Origin: a virus
Virus record (IMG/VR): IMGVR_UViG_3300009103_000004
Location: 1-64,000 of that record
Direction: 5' to 3' (one strand)
DNA: 64,000 nt
The notes below the pieces were generated by a model, which ran no database searches, had not been told where the DNA came from, and worked only from the letters and a program-made list of their open reading frames with translations. The first letter of the stretch is position 1. Each line of letters begins with the position of its first letter. This document shows, piece by piece, positions 57,353-64,000 of this stretch. The position numbers and the translations under genes are program-made.

Positions 57353-58261
57353 TTATGCAATTCTTTCCATGAAGGGGCACGCATCCATGATATCTTCGTA
57401 ATTAAAATTAATGGGCCTATCATCAAAGTTAAAATGTTTTTCCAGATTAGACGCGTCAAGAGCACCAGGGACATTTTTGATTTTATACATATGCCGGTCA
57501 CGGATCTTATCTACTGACATAAAATAATCCAGATATTTAAATCGCCCAGAGGCAGAGCAAGAGGCCCCGGTAACTTTTGGTGTCCAAAGCCATGCATTAG
57601 GAATATTAAATGCATCGGATATGATCAACCCATGCAGGGCTGAAGATACGATCTTCTCGCATGACAGTATATCTATAAGAGTTTTCTCAACATCCGTTGT
57701 TTTAAGGTCAATTAACTTTACATTATCTCCCGGTACAGCATCTTTCCAGGCCCAGTCATTACACCGTATAATTACTCCTATCTTATGTGTTTTTGGTATA
57801 TCTTCCCGGGTTTTATCAAATAAGTAAGGTACTAAAAGCGCTGGGTCTCCATATACTTCTGGGCAGTGGCCGCCGGCAGATGCTATTAAGCTCCGTGTTA
57901 ACGGTCCACGTACTGAATGATATTTAGCTTGTTCTGAATGATGTCCGGCACCTAGGGTCTTCATCTTTCTAAACGGCTCGGTACTATTTGCACCAGTTCC
58001 CCATACTATACTTGTCGGCCTGACATACAGTAGCATAGATCCTATAGCTATATAGTGCGGTTGTTTAATCAATTTAGTACATGTAGACGGGGGCTCAACA
58101 ACACTCCTGGCATTTATACCTGTCAATTTATGTATTAACCATGGTGATATAGCATCTCCCCAATTGTCGATCCGCCTCCACCACGTAAGTGGGACTTCAC
58201 CATCCCTTAAGATAATATCTTTTCTAGGCCTGTATTTAGAAGTAATTTCATTAACACCCAT
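57353..58261 (-). CDS. Polysaccharide pyruvyltransferase
   Basis: NWGDAISP, IGSML, VWGTG, VRGPLT, GDPALL, SSALHGLIISDAFNIP. Confidence 0.85.
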   Translation of the reverse strand: MGVNEITSKYRPRKDIILRDGEVPLTWWRRIDNWGDAISPWLIHKLTGINARSVVEPPSTCTKLIKQPHYIAIGSMLLYVRPTSIVWGTGANSTEPFRKMKTLGAGHHSEQAKYHSVRGPLTRSLIASAGGHCPEVYGDPALLVPYLFDKTREDIPKTHKIGVIIRCNDWAWKDAVPGDNVKLIDLKTTDVEKTLIDILSCEKIVSSALHGLIISDAFNIPNAWLWTPKVTGASCSASGRFKYLDYFMSVDKIRDRHMYKIKNVPGALDASNLEKHFNFDDRPINFNYEDIMDACPFMERIA

Positions 58262-58283
58262 ACTGTCATCTCCTCTATTTAAT

Positions 58284-58760
58284 CTATCTAACTATCTTCT
58301 CAATTAACATTGTTGTAGATATCGAAGGTGTCCGGGGCAGGTACACTACTTCACATATATCCTTAAACTCGTCGAACTTACCCTTCCAGTCATCCCCCAT
58401 AACAAGGACATGCGCCTCATATTCTTTTATATATTCCCTTTTCTGCTCCATTGATTCCTCAAGAAATACTTTATCAACTACGCTTAAGGCCCCGACAATA
58501 GCCATCCTATCCTCTTGATTAACCACAGGATATTTCTTTTTTTTATCATAGTTCATCTTATCACTAGACACTCCAACTATTAGAGTAGGCTCTGGTCCAA
58601 ACCAACCTAGTTTTCTAATTTTTGGATTTTCAGTTTCCTTGTATGGGTATACCATAACTCGGCCAGCTTCATTCGCCCCATTAAGAATATTCAAATGCCC
58701 TATGTGAAATAGATCGAATGTGCCGAATGTGATTACATTACTAGTGGTCCTCTCTGTCAT
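58284..58760 (-). CDS. tagD: Glycerol-3-phosphate cytidylyltransferase
   Basis: TFGTFDLFHIGH, VGVSSD, MGDDWKGKFD, LPRTPSISTT; likely start MTER at 58760. Confidence 0.88.
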   Translation of the reverse strand: MTERTTSNVITFGTFDLFHIGHLNILNGANEAGRVMVYPYKETENPKIRKLGWFGPEPTLIVGVSSDKMNYDKKKKYPVVNQEDRMAIVGALSVVDKVFLEESMEQKREYIKEYEAHVLVMGDDWKGKFDEFKDICEVVYLPRTPSISTTMLIEKIVR

Positions 58761-58770
58761 GCCTTTGTTG

Positions 58771-59328
58771 TTACATATTACATTCGAAAATCTTATAATT
58801 CGTATCCCAATATTTTGAGTACTCACTTTCGACTAATCCCCTATTCCTATGAAATGTGGTATCGGCATGTGAGCCAGAAGGAACTTTCCAATTACCATAT
58901 AGTTGATCTAGATATAGCTCGCTTTCAATTGGTATTGTGTAAATTTCTTCATTCATTTTGACCTCCTCTAATTTCGGGAATGCTGGATTTGCGTAAACGT
59001 CACAATATAATTCAGCCCATTTAGTTTTAATACTAATCATGTTACCCCATTTTTTTTTAGGATAATGCTCATGCGCTTTAATTTTTATTAAGTCATATTT
59101 TTCAAAATTAATTTTCTTCAATTTGCCCCACTGAGATAGGTGAGTAGTTATATCGACGTCAGTATCACTTATTATTAAATCTTTATCTCTCACACAACCT
59201 ATCAGTGTACCACAATCCAAATAATATTTTATACCCTTAGCATTTAATATATGTACAACCTTTTTTAAAAGATAATTCATTAACTCCAATTTATGTCGAG
59301 CTACCTCATTCCAATATGCAAAATCCAT
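58771..59328 (-). CDS. licD: LicD-family phosphotransferase
   Basis: CGTLIGCVRD...DTDVDI; YLDQLYGNWKVP. Confidence 0.75.
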   Translation of the reverse strand: MDFAYWNEVARHKLELMNYLLKKVVHILNAKGIKYYLDCGTLIGCVRDKDLIISDTDVDITTHLSQWGKLKKINFEKYDLIKIKAHEHYPKKKWGNMISIKTKWAELYCDVYANPAFPKLEEVKMNEEIYTIPIESELYLDQLYGNWKVPSGSHADTTFHRNRGLVESEYSKYWDTNYKIFECNM

Positions 59329-59341
59329 TGAACATTATCAT

Positions 59342-61108
59342 TTATTGTTTATTTTTTTGGCTAACCAAATAATCAAAACACCCTTGATATTTGTAAGCGT
59401 TAACGCCATCCGGGCGTATCCATTTCTTTTCCTTGAACTCTGGGAGGCCGCTAGCTTTGAAAATAGCATCCTCTCCAAAACCATATGTAAACTGCGTTAC
59501 TAATTTAAGATTATAAAACTCATTATTTAACACCTCTGTGCCAATACCCTGTTCAGACAAAAGAAAGGAGTGCACCATATCATCAGAAAACCTACAAGTA
59601 CTGCATTCGTTAGATACGGAAACCATTTTATTTATTGTATCCTCGTGTATGTCCGAAACCTTGTATGCTACACCTGAAAACCCTTCAGAAACAACTTTGT
59701 TCTCATGCGGCCAGTCTTTATCGTCAATGTCCCAAAAGGACAAGGTTGGCGCAGAAGCAGTAACCACCTTGTTATTGAGTTTAGACATTGCTAGGGCCAT
59801 TTCATTAACCATCCCAAACGGGTAAGCAGTGTCGTCATCGATTGTAATTAAAATAGCACTAGGGTCATGTTCCTTTAGGTACCTCAATGCGGGAATCAGT
59901 TTATTTATGGGTCCTAGATCATGCTCACCCCTAATAAGAGTTACCTTCTCATTAGAAGTTAAATCTTTGGGTATAATATAATCTTCCTCATCTCTGTACT
60001 TATCGGGCAACGATAATAGTATGGCATTAACAAACTCTAAATCCAATGTGTTTAAGGGGTAGTAGATTTTATCAAGCCTGGAAGGAGAAGAAGTCAACGA
60101 CACGTAAACGTTATGTTCTGAAAGATACGCAGAAAGCTCATCAGATACCACTCTTCGTTTTTGTTTAAGGCAAGCCTGTACGATACCGCGAAATTTATAA
60201 ATTGATTTATCACAAACATCACCGCCTGGGTATGGGAAATTAACAGTTGTAAGTTCACCGAACGAGGGGGTGACGCGGCCTTGCCAATTTTGCTCTATCT
60301 CTCCAAGGTGTACTACACGTACGCTTTTTAACGTAGTTTTCTTTTTAAACTTACCACTAAATAGTAGGTCTGAGTGTGAGGCATCACGATGGTGCTCGGG
60401 GTATGGCTGGTTGCCTATTTTACTACTCTTGAAGTTTAAAGAATTAAAAAGTTGAAAGTAACCTATAGGCATTCCGCGCGGGCTGTATGCTTTGGGTAGA
60501 GCTGTAAAGTCGCGTCCAGAAGACTTGTAGCTATCAAACTCCTCAGGCGTTTCCGCGAAATGACGTATTGCTCCGTATAAAGTCGTAGTATTCAAACTAC
60601 GAGTGTCCATGTAACGCTTGAAATATGGTGGAAACACAATATCTGCATCAAATATCAAAACCCAATTAGATTTATTAGTACCGATTTTCGAAAGACCCAA
60701 ATTAATACCTGCGCCCTTGTCAAAGAAAGAACCACCCCGGTAAAACACGTCAGTCTTTATCAACTCTACGAAATCATATTTTCGGCAAAGCTCCTCAGTA
60801 GCTTTATCGTTAGTGTCTGTTACTACATATAACTTTGTAAACACACCGACTGCAGACTCCAAACTATACTTAAAATAATCAGCATAGTTAACACAACAAA
60901 CAACTCCATACAACTTAGCAACAGGAACGGATGTATCTGGTACCCAAAGACCAGAACCAGAATCAGATGTCTTAGCAGCCTTAACCTCAAGCATAGGGTC
61001 TAAATCCTGACCGCCGCCGCGTCTGGGGTTGTCACCAATATAATTAATACTTTTCTTTATAGGAACGTTCCTCTTCTTTACATTTAAGTTAAAATTTATA
61101 TCCATCAC
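59342..61108 (-). CDS. Two-domain GT-A glycosyltransferase
   Basis: N-domain VCCVNYADY, KGAGIN, IFDAD; C-domain VSLTSSPSR, DLGPINK, ITIDDD, FSDD. Confidence 0.75.
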   Translation of the reverse strand: MMDINFNLNVKKRNVPIKKSINYIGDNPRRGGGQDLDPMLEVKAAKTSDSGSGLWVPDTSVPVAKLYGVVCCVNYADYFKYSLESAVGVFTKLYVVTDTNDKATEELCRKYDFVELIKTDVFYRGGSFFDKGAGINLGLSKIGTNKSNWVLIFDADIVFPPYFKRYMDTRSLNTTTLYGAIRHFAETPEEFDSYKSSGRDFTALPKAYSPRGMPIGYFQLFNSLNFKSSKIGNQPYPEHHRDASHSDLLFSGKFKKKTTLKSVRVVHLGEIEQNWQGRVTPSFGELTTVNFPYPGGDVCDKSIYKFRGIVQACLKQKRRVVSDELSAYLSEHNVYVSLTSSPSRLDKIYYPLNTLDLEFVNAILLSLPDKYRDEEDYIIPKDLTSNEKVTLIRGEHDLGPINKLIPALRYLKEHDPSAILITIDDDTAYPFGMVNEMALAMSKLNNKVVTASAPTLSFWDIDDKDWPHENKVVSEGFSGVAYKVSDIHEDTINKMVSVSNECSTCRFSDDMVHSFLLSEQGIGTEVLNNEFYNLKLVTQFTYGFGEDAIFKASGLPEFKEKKWIRPDGVNAYKYQGCFDYLVSQKNKQ

Positions 61109-61953
61109 TCATCACAGTTTACAGCTATTGTGTCAGCAGACCACTTCGCGTAAAGATAAAAATTAGAATTATTAGAACCAACTACGTACGGGCACAATGA
61201 CATTATAATAGCATTCATTAATTCAGAACGTATAGGGTCTGTGTCGTGTTCTCTGAAGGTGAGTCTGTCACTGTACCTGTTTACAATATACTCAGCGTAT
61301 AAACTGTTACTCCCTATGGCAAATAACCTTATATTTATTTTCTTACAAACAAAAGAATCTACCGCATCTATAAAACTAGATAAGTTGCTTTCGTTAATGC
61401 AATTAAGATCTACGCCAATAACCGTACTGTCCTTAAATTTGTCTCGAAAATAACCCCGGGCTGCTTTGCTCTGAAACCACCTCGGGACTACCTTGTCCGC
61501 ACAGGCATTCCATAAAAAAGACCCTCGTGCCAAATCATCCGTAAAATACTCGTGCTCAAAAAAAGAATCATATGTAAATAGGCTGTAATTACCAACAGCG
61601 GAAGGGCCCCGCAACAAAGCGTCCCGATCTATGTTTTGTGGAGCAGCATTATCACGTATGACTTCAGGTATGTCTGAAAGAGAGTAAGCATACTGCTCTT
61701 TTATCTTTAGCTTAAAACAATCGTGAAAAACATTACTACCGTCCGTAGATACCTTTGAATCTGACCAATCGACAAAAATATTATACCCGCGCCAATGCCT
61801 GAGTGAAACCAAAACATCCACAACGGTAAGAACCCTGTTTATTACAGAAGAAGTCTCTGACCCGCGAATAACAATATATTTGTTAAACGCCTGAGGTATA
61901 AGACGCTCGGCAACGTAGTGTTTGTTATCAGTCATCTTCTTTCCTGGAAGCAA
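61105..61953 (-). CDS. Fucosyltransferase (NodZ/GT23)-like protein, divergent
   Basis: NRVL...VDW; VIGV; MSLCPYVVGSNNSNF resembles the GT-B fucosyltransferase C-terminal motif. Confidence 0.4.
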   Translation of the reverse strand: MLPGKKMTDNKHYVAERLIPQAFNKYIVIRGSETSSVINRVLTVVDVLVSLRHWRGYNIFVDWSDSKVSTDGSNVFHDCFKLKIKEQYAYSLSDIPEVIRDNAAPQNIDRDALLRGPSAVGNYSLFTYDSFFEHEYFTDDLARGSFLWNACADKVVPRWFQSKAARGYFRDKFKDSTVIGVDLNCINESNLSSFIDAVDSFVCKKINIRLFAIGSNSLYAEYIVNRYSDRLTFREHDTDPIRSELMNAIIMSLCPYVVGSNNSNFYLYAKWSADTIAVNCDE

Positions 61954-62797
61954 AGTAATCTCTTATATCCGAATGCATAGTGCCTTTGTCTGAATCCCAA
62001 GTTAAAACACCGGACTCGTCAGAACCAAGATCAGTAGCAGGGTCAAACTGCGCCTTAAGCAAAACCTCGTGTCTATCAAGATAATTTCTATTCTTGAGAT
62101 TACCATGAAAGAAAGTATCGATCTTGTTTTCAGCGTAACCTATGTCGCCAGCAACCTTCGAATACCACTCATTTGACCAAGCTATAATGTCGTATATATG
62201 CTGCAAGGAATATGATCTCTTGCTAAACCAATCACGCAATTCGTTAAAAGCAGCAGCATATATAAGAGTATCGCCACCACCCACAACTAGGTTAGTGTAT
62301 AGCCCAAACCCGTCTGCAAATAAAGAAGAGGGGCAAGCCCACCCAAAACCCGTGGCAGGCGAGCATTGACCCATAGACGCCACAGTACTCTTCATTACCT
62401 TAAAGGCATCATCATCATCGTAACGTTTTATAACTTCAAATACCTGAACCAGAGTGCTCTCTAACAAAGCTTCTATAATCTTATCGTACCAACCATCATT
62501 TATAAAAATTATATCAGCATCAAGCCACGAGACATACTCGTACCCGCGAGATAAAACATCCCTTATGCCAATGTTAAGCAAAGCTTCCTTCTGCCACATC
62601 AAATGCTGTGTCCTAAACGACAAACGGTTTGGGAGTTCATCTAGATGAAAATCAGCGTCATCAAAAGCCAGCTCAACAGTAGTGAGTTGTTCAGCGTAGT
62701 CGCCAAGGCCTTCGTAAAACCTAAAGTAGTTATCCCTACGTCGTGAGTATCCGCACGGATTAAAGTAACAAGCAGTTAAGCCTAAATCAAAACTCAT
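61928..62797 (-). CDS. Glycosyltransferase-like protein (GT-A)
   Basis: LMWQKEALLNIG, WLDADI, GFGWA, GGGD, HG...NRNY. Confidence 0.65.
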   Translation of the reverse strand: MSFDLGLTACYFNPCGYSRRRDNYFRFYEGLGDYAEQLTTVELAFDDADFHLDELPNRLSFRTQHLMWQKEALLNIGIRDVLSRGYEYVSWLDADIIFINDGWYDKIIEALLESTLVQVFEVIKRYDDDDAFKVMKSTVASMGQCSPATGFGWACPSSLFADGFGLYTNLVVGGGDTLIYAAAFNELRDWFSKRSYSLQHIYDIIAWSNEWYSKVAGDIGYAENKIDTFFHGNLKNRNYLDRHEVLLKAQFDPATDLGSDESGVLTWDSDKGTMHSDIRDYFASRKEDD

Positions 62798-63645
62798 GAC
62801 ACTATATCAAAATTATGTAAGGACTTGGCGCAATGTATAAATTCAGCAGCCTCAAACTCTGGATCATGAGAAGAATGTAAACGCTCAGACCCATGGTAGT
62901 GACGCCTGGATTTTCCAAGATCAAAACCGTAAAGCGTTACTCCCCCGAAGACCCTGATGCCAAACGCAGCTGCAGCATACCCTATAGATGGCTTCTTGGT
63001 AGAATGTAAAGAGCTAAGACATGCACGAAAAGAAGGCTTAAGCACTAACATAGCTGAAGGGTCTCCGCCAGAATCTAAGTAACGAGCATACTCTAGTAAA
63101 GCTGCAGTTTCATTAGTCGTGCCTATAGCTATGTTTAAAACACCGAGTAGCTGGAAATCATCTCTGGTTATATCGCGCGTGTAGTCATAAATCCTACGTT
63201 CATTAAATAAATGTATGGTAGTCTTAGTGCCTATATCTTCAGAATGCTCTGTTATAAAAGGATGATTAAGCCTACACACCACTTTGTTGGAATCTATATG
63301 CTTACCGTACTTTGAGTTAAGCAAACAACTACCCCCACCGACTATGGTTATATGACCACCATAGATAGAAAAATTAGATATATCGGAAAGACTGGGAAGT
63401 TTATCAGAAAAAACCGAACATATGTATGGAGCTGAATTGGGATCAGGCCAATCTTCTTCTAGCCAGTGCGTAGGCATATTCTCGCGAAGTAAGTCGCTAC
63501 TATTGTCTGATATAACGCCACGCTCGAAATCAGTGAAAGCTTCTTTATACAGAACAACTGACGATAGGTCAGATGTTACTGGGATATGACTTAGTCTCTC
63601 AAGCGTTGGGAATTCAGGTATGTTAACTAGTAAGTCCTCATTCAT
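62794..63645 (-). CDS. GT29 sialyltransferase-like protein
   Basis: Sialylmotif L-like IVGGG..LLNSKYGKHIDSNKVVCRLN...DIGTKTT; motif S-like PSIG...VTLYGFD; HYH; HDPEFE (VS-like). Confidence 0.75.
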   Translation of the reverse strand: MNEDLLVNIPEFPTLERLSHIPVTSDLSSVVLYKEAFTDFERGVISDNSSDLLRENMPTHWLEEDWPDPNSAPYICSVFSDKLPSLSDISNFSIYGGHITIVGGGSCLLNSKYGKHIDSNKVVCRLNHPFITEHSEDIGTKTTIHLFNERRIYDYTRDITRDDFQLLGVLNIAIGTTNETAALLEYARYLDSGGDPSAMLVLKPSFRACLSSLHSTKKPSIGYAAAAFGIRVFGGVTLYGFDLGKSRRHYHGSERLHSSHDPEFEAAEFIHCAKSLHNFDIVS

Positions 63646-64000
63646 TTAGGAGAACTGAAGTAACCTGATTTCATTAGAAAGGTCAACTCTTCAAAGTCTG
63701 CTGGCTCGTCTATCTCAAAGCTACGTTGCCTAGGCATTACATAGAGTCCAACATTACCACTAGCTCTATCCTTAGACGCTTCAAGCAAGCCCTTGCTGGT
63801 TATATAAAAAGCGCCGTTTTCTCTATAGACCTCGGGCCTGTCTTGTCGCTGATGATGATACTGGTTTGATCGTATAGCGCCATGCTTGCCATATGACCAC
63901 ATGAACCCCCCGCACAACCACCCGCCACTGTCTAGACAAACAGAGACCACAGAATCGTATGGATTGTATTTTAAAACGTCCAAGCCACCCTCTATATCTT
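63642..64000 (-). CDS. neuA: CMP-N-acetylneuraminate (acylneuraminate) cytidylyltransferase, C-terminal part (5' end off window)
   Basis: DSVVSV, QRQD...YRENGAFYI, SFEIDEPADF. Confidence 0.8.
   Translation of the reverse strand, partial: DIEGGLDVLKYNPYDSVVSVCLDSGGWLCGGFMWSYGKHGAIRSNQYHHQRQDRPEVYRENGAFYITSKGLLEASKDRASGNVGLYVMPRQRSFEIDEPADFEELTFLMKSGYFSSPK

Noticed and set aside
22-62648. Numerous plus-strand ORFs in the track (e.g. 3300-3716, 14381-14899, 24780-25292, 41151-41852)
   Set aside because: They lie antisense to long minus-strand genes with recognisable motifs and have Ser/Leu/Phe-rich shadow composition. Only 52376-52609 occupies its own space.
1-64000. tRNA/rRNA genes, integrase, transposase or stop-codon reassignment
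   Set aside because: No cloverleaf/T-loop pattern was seen in the intergenic gaps I read and no recombinase motifs were seen. ORFs are long and densely packed under the standard code. A tRNAscan/Infernal run would be needed to exclude RNA genes formally.

Overview
This window is part of a large tailed-phage (jumbo/huge-phage-like) genome. Almost all real genes are on the minus strand, and most plus-strand ORFs in the track are antisense shadows. From left to right: (1) 1-12.4 kb, a head module: start of the major capsid gene, two paralogous decoration-like genes, a scaffold, a Zn-finger-containing prohead protease and large unknown head proteins. (2) 12.5-44.5 kb, a phage multisubunit RNA polymerase in four scattered genes (beta N-term, beta middle, a beta-C/beta'-N fusion carrying NADFDGD, beta' C-term). 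These are interleaved with glycine-zipper membrane-type proteins, a GNAT, a Zn-peptidase, a small lysis cassette, a beta-helix fibre, and a separate accessory block (Ycf46-like AAA+ module, degenerate MYG1/DHH, metallophosphoesterase). (3) 44.5-55.3 kb, small accessory genes, including a DIP1984-like helical protein followed by a structured ~250-nt non-coding element with nine 7-nt repeats. (4) 55.4-64 kb, a glycan-modification cluster (methyltransferase, three LicD, TagD, pyruvyltransferase, several glycosyltransferases, a GT29 sialyltransferase-like gene and NeuA). The main leads are: a K-x-A motif recurring in nearly all predicted virion proteins, probably a prohead-protease cut site that processes RNAP-containing polyproteins; an ART-like domain inserted in the RNAP beta' clamp and flanked by that motif; and the DIP1984-like protein plus heptamer-repeat ncRNA pair. 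All family assignments come from recognising motifs by eye; no database searches were run.
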